Assembly (NCBI GenBank): GCA_965226915.1 | Contig: CBDDEJ010000002.1 | Span: forward strand, 102,798 to 166,797 | DNA length: 64,000 nucleotides | Reading direction: 5' to 3' | Origin: Dehalococcoidia bacterium | GTDB lineage: Bacteria; Chloroflexota; Dehalococcoidia; Lucifugimonadales; UBA3495 | Shown: one piece after another, positions 20,348 to 29,559 of the stretch | How the letters are laid out: every line of letters starts with the position of its first letter | Position numbering within the stretch: position 1 is the stretch's first letter | Translations under genes and position numbers: made by a program | The notes under the pieces: model-generated | Databases searched by the model: none | What the model was told of the DNA's origin: nothing | What the model saw: only the letters and a program-made list of their open reading frames with translations

Positions 20348-21607
20348 ATGCTAACTATCGCCAGGGACCGGTTTCTGCTGGCCCTGCAATACAAAGACTA
20401 CCGGACCCTGTGGACGGCCAACATGTGCGCCGGGGCGGCGGCCTGGGCCTTGATTGTCGCCAGGGGCTGGCTGGCCTTTCAAATCACCGACGGTTCCTCG
20501 CTGTGGGTTGGGCTGGTCACCTTCGGGGCTATGGCGCCCCGGTTTTTTGCCACGCCAATTATCGGTTTCCTGGCCGACAGGCTGGACCGCCGCACATTAA
20601 TCTCGTATAGCTACTTTTTCAATCTGATCCACAACGTGGTTCTTGCTTTTCTGGTTATGTCGGGATTGGCCGGCCCTTGGCTCTTGGTGGTCCTAGCCTT
20701 GACCAATGGCATCCTACGCTCCGGGGAGATGACCGCCACCCAATCTTTGATTCCCAACCTGCTCCCCAGGGAGCACTTGCTCAACGCCATCGCCCTCAAC
20801 CAGGCCACACAGCAGGGCTCTCGAATGGTGGGCGCCCTGGTCATCTTGCCTTTATTTAGTTTGTTCCCTGGGAACTTGGAGTTGGGGTTTTGGCTTTGCA
20901 GCGCCCTTTACGGTATGGGATTGCTGCAGACCCTGCGAATCAAAACCCGGTCCACGGGAGTGATAGACCGGGACAGCAGCTTCGTCCAAAATTTCGTGGC
21001 GGGATTCCGTTTCGTGTACCAAACTCCCTTGCTGCTTGCCATGGTCCTGATCGTTCTGGCCCACTGCGCTCTCACCATGTCCTACGAAGCCATGCTCCCG
21101 GCCATCTCCGAGGAAAAGCTGGCGGCCGGCTCCGTGGGCGTTTCTTACTTGTTGGCCGGCGTGGGAATCGGCGCCCTCGTTTCCTCGATCATGCTGGCCG
21201 GGGTCCGGAGTGAGACCAACCGGGGCAAATTATTCCTGTTCTTCGGTTTCACCAGCGCAGCCGGTCCCATACTGCTGGCGTTATCCACCAACCGGGAATT
21301 GTCCATCGCCGCCACGGTTGCCATGGGCGTAAACCAGGCCGGTTTTATGACGATAAGCCACACCATTGTCCAGTCGATTGTCCCCGACTGGGTACGAGGC
21401 CGGGTATCCGGCGTCTATTCCATGCACGTCGGCGGCAGCATGGCCGTCGCCAACTTGGCCTACGGCGGCTTTTCCGACGTTTTTAGCGCCTCTGCCGTCA
21501 TGGCCGTGGGTGGGCTGGTCTTCCTGGCGGCGATTACGCTAAGTGTGACCAGCGGCGCTTTGCGGGGTATTTATTTTCCCAGGGCCGCCACACCTGCTCC
21601 GGCCTGA
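20348..21607 (+). CDS. MFS transporter (MFS_3/EntS-like exporter type)
   Basis: 419-aa ORF with about 12 hydrophobic segments. The N-terminal FLLALQYKDYRTLWTANMCAGAAAW pattern is typical of the MFS_3 family. Confidence 0.75.
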   Translation: MLTIARDRFLLALQYKDYRTLWTANMCAGAAAWALIVARGWLAFQITDGSSLWVGLVTFGAMAPRFFATPIIGFLADRLDRRTLISYSYFFNLIHNVVLAFLVMSGLAGPWLLVVLALTNGILRSGEMTATQSLIPNLLPREHLLNAIALNQATQQGSRMVGALVILPLFSLFPGNLELGFWLCSALYGMGLLQTLRIKTRSTGVIDRDSSFVQNFVAGFRFVYQTPLLLAMVLIVLAHCALTMSYEAMLPAISEEKLAAGSVGVSYLLAGVGIGALVSSIMLAGVRSETNRGKLFLFFGFTSAAGPILLALSTNRELSIAATVAMGVNQAGFMTISHTIVQSIVPDWVRGRVSGVYSMHVGGSMAVANLAYGGFSDVFSASAVMAVGGLVFLAAITLSVTSGALRGIYFPRAATPAPA

Positions 21608-21670
21608 AGATTCGAGGCGTTTGGTGGGTTAAGATTCCGCTGGTAACCAGCCGTGGGATTAGTAAATGCC

Positions 21671-21701
21671 GGAAAGGCCGGCGGTTCATCGCCGGCCTTC
21701 C
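21671..21701 (+). terminator. GC-rich hairpin downstream of the MFS gene
   Basis: GGAAAGGCCGGCG-gttcat-CGCCGGCCTTCC lies 64 nt after the stop. There is no U-tract. Confidence 0.4.
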
Positions 21702-21892
21702 AACGGCGGTACAGAAAGACTATCCGTCTCGCAACGCGCTGCGGATCTTTAGTCAATAAAGATTAAGAGCGTTTGACAAAGCTCACCACACAAACCGCCG
21801 ACTCAAGACCAATCTGTATCGGAATTTTCCGCAGGCGCCACGATCTCAGTCGGAACACTATAGATTCTAAGTCTTAAAGGCAGGCCAGGGTT

Positions 21893-23019
21893 ATGGACGT
21901 CAACGCTATCAGGCAGCAAATTCCAGTTTGCCAGCGCGCCATCTACGTGAATACGGGGTGGTCAGGTCCTTCGCCGCGGTGTGTAGTGGACGCCATTAAG
22001 CAGCGTCTGGATTGGGAAATGGAAGACGGGCCCACCACTCCCGAGGTTCACCAGAGAGGCCGTGAGGTGCAGCGAGAGGCCCGAGAGGCGGTAGCCCATT
22101 TGCTGAACGCACCGAGGGCCTGAATCACGTGATGAACGGCCTTACCTGGCACGACGGCGACGAGATTGTCACCTGTAGCCTGGAGCACGGCGCGGTGCTG
22201 ATTCCCAGCCATTTTCAGGGGCTGCGTCACGGGGTCGACGTCAAGGTCTTGACCTTTGTTCCCAACGAACCTAGAGATTCAATTCTCGACAAGATTCAGG
22301 GAGCTTTGACCGAGCGGACCCGGTTGGTCTTTTTGAGCCACATCGAGTATTCCAGCGGGCTGCGCATGCCGGTAAAAGAGATCCGCCGGATGACAAAAAA
22401 CCGGGGGATTTTGCTCTTGCTGGACGGGGCCCAAACCGCCGGGCACATAGCTTTGGACATGAAGGACTTGGACTGCGATTTCTATTCCATCCCAGGTCAG
22501 AAGTGGCTGCTTGGTCCCGAGGGCGTGGGCGCGCTGTACGTTCGGGAGGACATGATTCCCGAGCTGAAGCCGACTCAGGTGTCGGGCCAGGCTGTGGTGT
22601 CCAACCATGACCCCTACCGGATTGAGACGATTTCGTCCAGTATGGATAAGTTTCTGCTGTCCTCCACCAGCGTGGCAATCCAGACCGGCATGTTGGAAGC
22701 TATCAAATTCGTCCAAGGCGTGGGCCTGGATGAGATCGAGACCCGGGACCTGGACCTGGCTACGTCGCTCAAACAGGCGCTGGCGGAAATTCCCGGCGTA
22801 ACCGTGCAATCCCCCATGGGCCGTGAAGATTCCTCGGGACTGGTTACCTTCGCCATCGATGGCCTGGAGCCCCCCGAGGCTGTTTCCCGGCTGTGGGAGC
22901 GCCATAAGATTGAATGCCGGCAGGTGGCTTTCCCGTCCTGCGTCAGGGTGTCGCTGCACTTTTTCAATACCCAGGAAGAGGTGGACCAGATAGTGGACGC
23001 GGTGGCCCACCTGGTTTAA
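21893..23019 (+). pseudogene. Class V aminotransferase / cysteine-desulfurase-like PLP enzyme with internal deletion and frameshift
   Basis: ORFs 21893..22123 and 22129..23019 are in different frames. ...AVAHLLNA is followed directly by TEGLNHVMNGLTWHDGDEIV in the next frame. About 10 residues normally found between them are missing. The PLP-lysine context is SIPGQKWLLGPEG. Confidence 0.7.
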
Positions 23020-23137
23020 GCGTCCTCGTGTCCTCCTACCACCACCCGCACCGTAGTGGCCATAGTAGTAGGCGCGTTCCAATAATCATATTTGAGTCTA
23101 CGCCACAGGCTGTGGCCCATCAACCAACCAAGGAATA

Positions 23138-23862
23138 ATGGTTCTGGAGGAAGTTGCAATGGCTTCGAGCAAAATACGTTTGGGGGTCATCGGCGCCAAC
23201 GTCAGCAAGGGGTGGGCCCACCGGTCCCATCTGCCGGCCCTTTTGGCCAGTCCCGAATTCGAGCTAACCGCGGTGTGCACCACTAAACAGGAGAGCGCCG
23301 AGGAGTCGGCCCGGAAGTTCGGGGCGCGGTTGGCGTTCCACGACCACCGGGATATGCTGGCCAGTGATGAGATCGACGCCGTGGCGGTAGTGGTGCGGGT
23401 GCCAAACCATTTCCAACTGACCAAGGACGTGCTGGAGGCCGGCAAGCACGTCTTCACCGAGTGGCCGCTGGGAGCAACGCTGGCTGAGCCTAAGGAGCTG
23501 GCCGACCTGGCGAGAGCCCAAGGGGTGCGCACCATGGTGGGCCTGCAGGCGCGGGCGGCGCCCGCTGTGGTGCACATGAAAGAGCTGGTGGAGTCGGGCT
23601 ACGTCGGGGAAGTCATGGCCTGCCACATGAGCCTGGTCCGGGGCGGACTTTTGGAACGCACCTCGGATAGGACCTGGCAGCGGGACGCCTCCCTGGGGGG
23701 CAATACGCTGACCATATCCACCGGCCACACCGTGGATGCTCTACGGTTTGTCCTGGGGGATTTCACCGAGGTGGCCACGGTGGTCAGCACCCAGGCAAGC
23801 CAGTGGTTTGAGTCAGACACCGACAGGATGGTGGATGTCACCTAGCCGGACAATATATTAAT
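23138..23862 (+). pseudogene. Gfo/Idh/MocA-family oxidoreductase, in-frame TAG and 3'-truncation by IS1380 copy B
   Basis: Rossmann N-terminus IRLGVIGANVSKGWAHRSHLPAL. The ORF stops at TAG 23843-23845, but the frame continues as PDNILI up to the IS end at 23863. At about 240 aa it is well short of typical family members. Confidence 0.65.
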
Positions 23863-24959
23863 CCCGTATTCCCCATTTGGCTCAAACAAGTGATGCGGTA
23901 AATAGGCAACTTTCTTGCTTTTCTAGTCGTTACATGAATCTCTTAGCCGTATTTCAGATATAATACATGCAATAAGTTGGCTATTTCAGATAACTTGCGT
24001 ACCGACATTGGAGGCACCCGATGGGTGACCGCGAAAAGGCCTCTCTTCGGCTCCAATTCAATCCCCAAATCCGGCTGGAGTTACATGGCGCCACCATCAC
24101 CTCCGACGCCGGACTGCTGGCATTCCGAGAACTGGATGACGCCCTGGACCTTACCCCCATAGCCTCCGACTATCTCCAGGAAAGCCGTACCGGCCGCAAC
24201 ATCCGACACCACCTGGTCCCTCTGCTCCGCCAGTCCATCTACAGCCGCTTGGCCGGCTACGATGATACCAACGATGCAGAACGTCCGATGCAGAACGTCT
24301 TTCCCAAGACCCAGCCATGAGAGTTGTCGTGGGCTGGCAAGGCTCAGACCGCAACGCCGCCAGAACCAACACCATGAGCCGTTTTGAGACGGAGACTCTG
24401 ACTCAAGAGGACAACCTAAAGGGGCTGGCCCTGATGAATCCCCAGTGGGTGGAGCTGGCCATGGCTCACACTCCACACCGGCGAGTGATTCTGGACATGG
24501 ACAGTTCGGAGAGTCCAGTGCATGGTCAGCAGGAAGGAGCCGCCTACAACGGGCACTTCGAGTGTGTCTGCTATCATCCCCTCTTTCTGTTCACCAATTC
24601 AGCACCTTCCAAATCGTACCTTCGATATCACGGTTGACTGACTACTAGTGAGCCGGGAAATGCTATGTGGGATACTGGAACGAATTGGCCGGCTTCGGCT
24701 GGCTCCTGGCTAGTCCACCTCAGGAGCATCGGGATTAGTTACGGTTACGGGGTCGCAAAAGAGGTTCCCAAGGGGGAGACTTGGGCGTAGACCAGCGGTT
24801 TGGGGATTTTAGGCTTGGCAGGACGGTGGTTGCTATATGAAAACGGGGAATTTGAGCGAATCAGGCCGCATTTGATGCCCTTGGAATGCGGGATTATATT
24901 TGACGGTATCCCAGAAGGAGCTATATCCAGGAAAGTTGGTTTGATCTGGGGAATCCCGG
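23863..24959 (+). mobile_element. IS1380-family element, copy B (internally deleted, defective)
   Basis: Left IR is CCCGTATTCCCCATTTGGCTCAAAC (23863). The right end ...GGTTTGATCTGGGGAATCCCGG (24959) matches copy A. The last ~310 bp are near-identical to copy A, and the 5' part is clearly more diverged. Confidence 0.7.
24021..24713 (+). pseudogene. IS1380 transposase remnant (14-bp tandem duplication, ~0.8-kb internal deletion)
   Basis: ORFs 24021..24320 and 24317..24637 align to the N-terminal ~190 aa of the copy A transposase. The C-terminal VSREMLCGILERIGRLRLAPG* is retained at 24650-24713. Confidence 0.75.
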
Positions 24960-25276
24960 ATAGAGAGTTTTACGAGGCTGTAGAGCGCGCGAAGGCGGAT
25001 TCGGCTCTGCGATTGGTGTCGCAGATCACGCTACAGGCACTGACGGACTGGCGGGCGGCGGCGTTCATCTTGGAGCGGCGGTTCCCCGACGACTACGGCA
25101 AGCGTACCGAGGTCACTGGGAAGGATGGCGGACCGGTGAAGGTGGACGCCAAAACCCAAACTCAGCACGTCTTTCAGCCGTCGAAGGAATTGTGGGACGA
25201 GATGTTGCGGAAGCGTGCTGAGTTTGAGACATTGAGAGATGGCGACACAGACGACGATACCTCCGACGGTCTGTAA
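24960..25276 (+). pseudogene. Phage-related protein fragment (small-terminase-like C-terminal region), 5'-truncated by IS1380 copy B
   Basis: The non-IS part of ORF 24800..25276 reads ...TDWRAAAFILERRFPDDYGKRTEV... The W-x-AAA-W/F-x-LERR-x-P-x-x-YG motif is common in phage TerS-like proteins. Confidence 0.4.
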
Positions 25277-25393
25277 CCCGTGGTGGGGACATGATCCGTG
25301 CACCGGGACACGGTGCGCAAGATTCTGGTGCAATTTGCCCTTATCGGTGGCGAATGGCGGGCCCAGGGGGCAAGATTCAGGGCCGGGTGGACT

Positions 25394-27574
25394 TTACTGT
25401 TCGTGCCAACCCGAAGCAAAGATGTAGCCGTCGTGAAGTACCGCGAAGGTATGCTTCCTTTGGTTCTCGCCGGTTTCAGGGTTGATTATGACGTACTCCA
25501 CCCAACTCCCGGACTCGCTGGCCGCCAGCAAGTCGTCGCCATAGAAGTGGCCCGTGGCGTCCATCCGCAGGCTGGGATCCCTTCCCCTCAAGGCAGGGTT
25601 GTGGTGGGCAATGGTAACGCCGCTTTCACCATCGACGATGAAGGCGTACCACTGGCCGTCCACGCTCTCCTTGGTGTTGTAGTAGGCAACGGTGTCCTCC
25701 AAACCCACCGCTTCGTAGAGGTTAATGGCCTGCTGCACCACGGCCTCCGTGTAGGCCGGGGCGTCGGTCTTCCGCGGCCCTTCCTCGTACCAGCCGGACC
25801 CGAAGGTAATGCCGTCGTGAATTACCATCCAGGAATGTTTGGTCTCCACCGAGTCCGTGGCAGGGTTGGTGAAAGTGTAGTCGAACCAGGCACCGTTTTC
25901 GTCGGCGGAGGCGGCTACGGCGGCGCCGGTGGGGTAATTGTTGGGGCCCAGGACGTCCGAGGCTAGCTGTCCCACCAAAGCTGGATTGGCATGGGCGATC
26001 ACGGTCCCGTCTTCGTCAATCATGAAGGCGTACCACTGGCCGTCCACGCTCTCCTTGGTGTTGTAGTAGGCAACGGTGTCCTCCAAACCCACCGCTTCGT
26101 AGAGATTGATAGCCTGCTGGACTACTGCTTGGGTGTAGGCTGGGCCGTCGGTCTTCCGTGGCCCTTCCTCGTACCAGCCGGACCCGAAGGTAATCCCGTC
26201 GTGAATTACCATCCAGGAATGTTTGGTCTCCACCGAGCCCGTTGCTAGGTTGGTGAAAGTGTAGTCGAACCAGGCACCGCTTTCGTCGGCGGTGGCGGCT
26301 ACCGCGGCGCCGGTGGGGTAGTTATTGGGACCCGTGATGTCCGAGGCAAGCTGTCCCACCAAAGCTGGATTGGCATGCGCAATCACCGTCCCGTCTTCGT
26401 CAATCATGAAGGCGTACCACTGGCCGTCCACGCTCTCCTTGGTGTTGTAGTAGGCAACGGTGTCCTCCAAACCCACCGCTTCGTAGAGGTTAATGGCCTG
26501 CTGCACCACGGCCTCCGTGTAGGCCGGGGCGTCGGTCTTCCGCGGCCCTTCCTCGTACCAGCCGGACCCGAAGGTAATGCCGTCGTGAATTACCATCCAG
26601 GAATGTTTGGTCTCCACCGAGTCCGTGGCAGGGTTGGTGAAAGTGTAGTCGAACCAGGCACCGCTTTCGTCGGCGGTGGCGGCTACCGCGGCGCCGGTGG
26701 GGTAGTTATTGGGACCCGTGATGTCCGAGGCAAGCTGTCCCAACAAAGCTGGATTGGCATGCGCAATCACCGTCCCGTCTTCGTCAATCATGAAGGCGTA
26801 CCACTGGCCGTCCACGCTCTCCTTGGTGTTGTAGTAGGCAACGGTGTCCTCCAAACCCACCGCTTCGTAGAGGTTAATGGCCTGCTGCACCACGGCCTCC
26901 GTGTAGGCCGGGGCGTCGGTCTTCCGCGGCTCTTCCTCGTACCAGCCGGACCCGAAGGTAATGCCGTCGTGAATTACCATCCAGGAATGTTTGGTCTCCA
27001 CCGAGTCCGTGGCTAGGTTGGTGAAAGTGTAGTCGAACCAGGCACCGCTTTCGTCGGCGGTGGCGGCTACCGCGGCGCCGGTGGGGTAGTTATTGGGACC
27101 CGTGATGTCCGAGGCAAGCTGTCCCACCAAAGCTGGATTGGCATGCGCAATCACCGTCCCGTCTTCGTCAATCATGAAGACGTACCACTGGCCGTCCACG
27201 CTCTCCTTGGTGTTGTAGTAGGCGACAGTGGAATCCAAGCCGTCAGACTCATACCGCCTGATTGCCTCTCGTACAAAGTAATTGGTGTAAGCTTCGGGCA
27301 TCCATTTGGGAGGCACTGAGGCCTCGGTCTGACCTTGCATCAACTGTTGACCGGACGCTGGACCGTCAGCAGTTATTCTTGCTTCAGCGCTTTCCAACTG
27401 TTGGAGAACCAGTTGAAGTTCATCCTTGTCCAAAGTGGCCGCTTCACCTGTTGGTCCTGCGGGCCCCACTGGGCCAGGAGGTCCTTGCTCCCCGGACGGA
27501 CCGGCGCTTCCCTGGCAAGCCGACATTGACATTACAATTAAGATCATGGGAATCGCTATGAGAAAACCCCGCAC
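25394..27574 (-). CDS. Predicted lipoprotein with short collagen-like (G-X-Y)6-7 tract and five tandem Cache-like (sCache_2-type) domains
   Basis: Signal plus lipobox is MRGFLIAIPMILIVMSMSAC, followed by GPSGEQGPPGPVGPAGPTGE. Then come five ~128-aa units of the pattern YYNTKESVDGQWYAFMIDEDGTVIAHANPALVGQ...GAWFDYTFTNPATDSVETKHSWMVIHDGITFGSGWYE. Confidence 0.7.
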   Translation of the reverse strand: MRGFLIAIPMILIVMSMSACQGSAGPSGEQGPPGPVGPAGPTGEAATLDKDELQLVLQQLESAEARITADGPASGQQLMQGQTEASVPPKWMPEAYTNYFVREAIRRYESDGLDSTVAYYNTKESVDGQWYVFMIDEDGTVIAHANPALVGQLASDITGPNNYPTGAAVAATADESGAWFDYTFTNLATDSVETKHSWMVIHDGITFGSGWYEEEPRKTDAPAYTEAVVQQAINLYEAVGLEDTVAYYNTKESVDGQWYAFMIDEDGTVIAHANPALLGQLASDITGPNNYPTGAAVAATADESGAWFDYTFTNPATDSVETKHSWMVIHDGITFGSGWYEEGPRKTDAPAYTEAVVQQAINLYEAVGLEDTVAYYNTKESVDGQWYAFMIDEDGTVIAHANPALVGQLASDITGPNNYPTGAAVAATADESGAWFDYTFTNLATGSVETKHSWMVIHDGITFGSGWYEEGPRKTDGPAYTQAVVQQAINLYEAVGLEDTVAYYNTKESVDGQWYAFMIDEDGTVIAHANPALVGQLASDVLGPNNYPTGAAVAASADENGAWFDYTFTNPATDSVETKHSWMVIHDGITFGSGWYEEGPRKTDAPAYTEAVVQQAINLYEAVGLEDTVAYYNTKESVDGQWYAFIVDGESGVTIAHHNPALRGRDPSLRMDATGHFYGDDLLAASESGSWVEYVIINPETGENQRKHTFAVLHDGYIFASGWHEQ
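25640..27225. repeat. Tandem 384-bp coding repeat (about 4.1 near-identical units)
   Basis: The anchor GGCGTACCACTGGCCGTCCACGCTCTCC recurs at 25643, 26027, 26411 and 26795 (GACGTACC at 27179). The spacing is exactly 384 bp (128 codons). Confidence 0.9.
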
Positions 27575-27963
27575 TTTTCGCCTCGCATTTCCAGTTTAAC
27601 AAACTGAGTGTTCCGACGTCCCCCCAGTTTCTGGTCTCATCCCGTCTCCACCCAGTAAGCCCGCAAGGACTGACTGGAGCTGGAGTTCCAACGACTTCAG
27701 GCGACAAGGTTCCAGGTTTTGTTGGCCCCTACCCACTATAGCTTCAATCCCTGGTTGGACTCAATCCCCAAAACCGTCGGATCAGGCGTACGGCATAGGG
27801 GCTGAAAACGGGCGTGAACCGTATACTCGACTGACGGACCGGGCGGGAGCTATTGTGGCTGGGTTAGAGCGCAGTCCTGATAAGACTTGGCTGTCGAAAA
27901 AGTGAAAAGTCTCTCGTCCAAGAACGAGTGATCCGGAGGCAAGAAACTGGAAGTGCTATCTGG

Positions 27964-28269
27964 TTAGTTTCGGAAAACCCCGATTTCCGCAACCCAGATG
28001 TCGCGGCTGTTTACTGGGGGTGGGTCTGTCCAGTGAGCGCAGCTTCCCTTGCCGGTCCGCTGTGGCGTTACCTCCGGTGGCAGGGGCATTCCCCGTTCTT
28101 GGCGCGACTGGATCAGGGCCTTGGCCACTGCCCGAAGCTCATCCAGTGTCTGCTCGGGGGTATCCCCCCAAGCCATGCAGCCCTGCAGGGCCGAGACCTC
28201 CGCCAGGTACATCCACCCTTCGCTCTCCTCAGGTTCGTGAAGAATGTAGTCCAACTGGTAGATGTCCAT
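27964..28269 (-). CDS. hicB: HicB-family antitoxin-like protein (UPF0150 fold)
   Basis: N-terminus is MDIYQLDYILHEPEESEGWMYLAEVSALQGCMAWGDTPEQTLDELRAVAKALI, the typical HicB N-domain pattern. No recognisable hicA lies next to it. Confidence 0.6.
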   Translation of the reverse strand: MDIYQLDYILHEPEESEGWMYLAEVSALQGCMAWGDTPEQTLDELRAVAKALIQSRQERGMPLPPEVTPQRTGKGSCAHWTDPPPVNSRDIWVAEIGVFRN

Positions 28270-28522
28270 CCCTTCTCCTCTGGTTCAGGGGTCGTCGATG
28301 GTGAAGTTTCTTCGATTGTCCTCTGGTGGAGCTTTTCGGTCAAAAGGCCTGCGGTCAGGATGGTTGTTGTCCGATCGCAGGCTGAGGTCAATCCCCCGGT
28401 CACGCAGCAGATCGGCGGGGTGGATCTGATTGGCTCCGGCCTAGGTGGTACTGGCCAGCTGCACTACCGCGGCTGCCGGGGCGTCCGAGACGGCGTTGAC
28501 ACACCCAGTTCCAACCCAACCG

Positions 28523-29083
28523 CTACCTGTCCACCTGTTGGATGGTCCAACGGCTGACCTCCAGGCGCTTGGCCAGTTCCCGCTGGCTCACTCCCTTCGA
28601 CCGCTCTGCCCGGATGTACTCCCGTTGCCGCTCGTTCAGGCTCGGCCGCCGCCCAGGGAACCGCCCCTCGGCCCGCGCCTTCGCCTGCCCCGCGACCGAG
28701 CGCTCCCTGATCGAGTTCCGCCACCACTCGCTGAAGGCGAGCACCATCGTGAGCTGGAGCTTGCCGGTGGCCGTGGCCGTATCAAAATCTTCCGACAGGG
28801 ACCGGAACTCAACTCCCGCCCGGTGCAGGCCCTCGATCACCTGCAGCCCGTGGGTCAGCCCCCTGGAGAGCCGGTCAATGTGGGTGACCACCAGGGTGTC
28901 CCCCTCGACCACCAGGTCCAACAGTTCCAGGAGGCCGCCGCGGTCGTTCCTGGCCCCGCTGGCTTCCTCGGCTCGGATATTTCCCAGGGAGCAGCCGGCG
29001 CGGACCAGCCGCTCCACCTGCAGGTCCAGATTCTTGTCCTCCGGCTCTCTCACCGAGACCCTGGCGTAACCGTAGAGCGTCAT
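28523..29083 (-). CDS. Serine recombinase (resolvase/invertase family)
   Basis: 186-aa ORF MTLYGYARVSVREPEDKNLDLQVERL... with the catalytic YxRVS motif, ...DRLSR..., and a C-terminal HTH (GVSQRELAKRLEVSRWTI). Confidence 0.85.
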   Translation of the reverse strand: MTLYGYARVSVREPEDKNLDLQVERLVRAGCSLGNIRAEEASGARNDRGGLLELLDLVVEGDTLVVTHIDRLSRGLTHGLQVIEGLHRAGVEFRSLSEDFDTATATGKLQLTMVLAFSEWWRNSIRERSVAGQAKARAEGRFPGRRPSLNERQREYIRAERSKGVSQRELAKRLEVSRWTIQQVDR

Positions 29084-29097
29084 CCTGCTGCACCCCT

Positions 29098-29228
29098 GGC
29101 TGGAATGGGCAAAAGTATACCGTCCTGCCAGGGAGAAATAAACCGGGTTTTCCAGCCACCCCCTGAGCTACGACAAGGGGGAATTCCCAGCCGGGGCCGT
29201 AAACAGGGCTGTTTCCAGCCACCGCCTG
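29098..29228. promoter_or_regulatory. Candidate res-like repeat cluster upstream of the resolvase gene
   Basis: GGCTGGAA at 29098-29105. Its complement TTCCAGCC occurs twice in longer direct repeats: GTTTTCCAGCCACCCCCTG at 29147-29165 and TGTTTCCAGCCACCGCCTG at 29210-29228. Confidence 0.25.
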
Positions 29229-29263
29229 GTCAATCAGCGGCCGCTCCCCGTCCTTGGCGCGGC

Positions 29264-29530
29264 TCACAACACCAGATCCTCCAGGCACTCCACCAAGTCG
29301 TCGGGGATGTGGACCTCGCGGCCCCGTTTCACCTTGTTCCCCATCACCTCCGGCCTCAGGCTGATGATTGGCGGGGCAGAGGGACAGGCACTCCGACACC
29401 CGCAGCCAGGTCCGGAGCATGATCCTCATGGCCATCCGCACCGGGTAGATCGGGTTTGCGGCTACCAGCGCCGAGGTCTCCTCAGGAGTGAAGTAGTCGG
29501 GGGCTTCTGGGGTTTTCTCGCCATCCCACC
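29264..29530 (-). pseudogene. Tyrosine recombinase (phage-integrase family) fragment, frameshifted
   Basis: Part of ORF 28875..29657 reads YFTPEETSALVAAN...RIMLRTWLRVSECLSLCPA. It continues in another frame as IISLRPEVMGNKVKRGREVHIPDDLVECLEDLVL*. No N-terminal domain or catalytic C-terminal half is visible. Confidence 0.4.
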
Positions 29531-29559
29531 GCCCACGCGGGGGTCTACCTCGCCATGAT

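Noticed and set aside
24800-24959. 5' part of ORF 24800..25276 (MGILGLAGRWLLYENGEFERIRPHLMPLECGIIFDG...)
   Set aside because: This segment is the right end of IS1380 copy B. The same sequence occurs at 16745-16903 in copy A, so the reading frame merely runs from IS DNA into the TerS-like fragment.
25640-27225. Regularly spaced repeats that might be mistaken for a CRISPR array (also the 21-bp repeats at 30364 and the 5-bp repeats at 57337)
   Set aside because: The 384-bp units are contiguous coding repeats of one ORF with no spacers. The other two are an in-frame heptad repeat and a microsatellite. No cas genes are present.
28270-28441. Possible hicA toxin upstream of hicB
   Set aside because: The only open frame reads ...NQIHPADLLRDRGIDLSLRSDNNHPDRRPFDRKAPPEDNRRNFTIDDP*. 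It has no start codon after the upstream TAG and no HicA-like motif.
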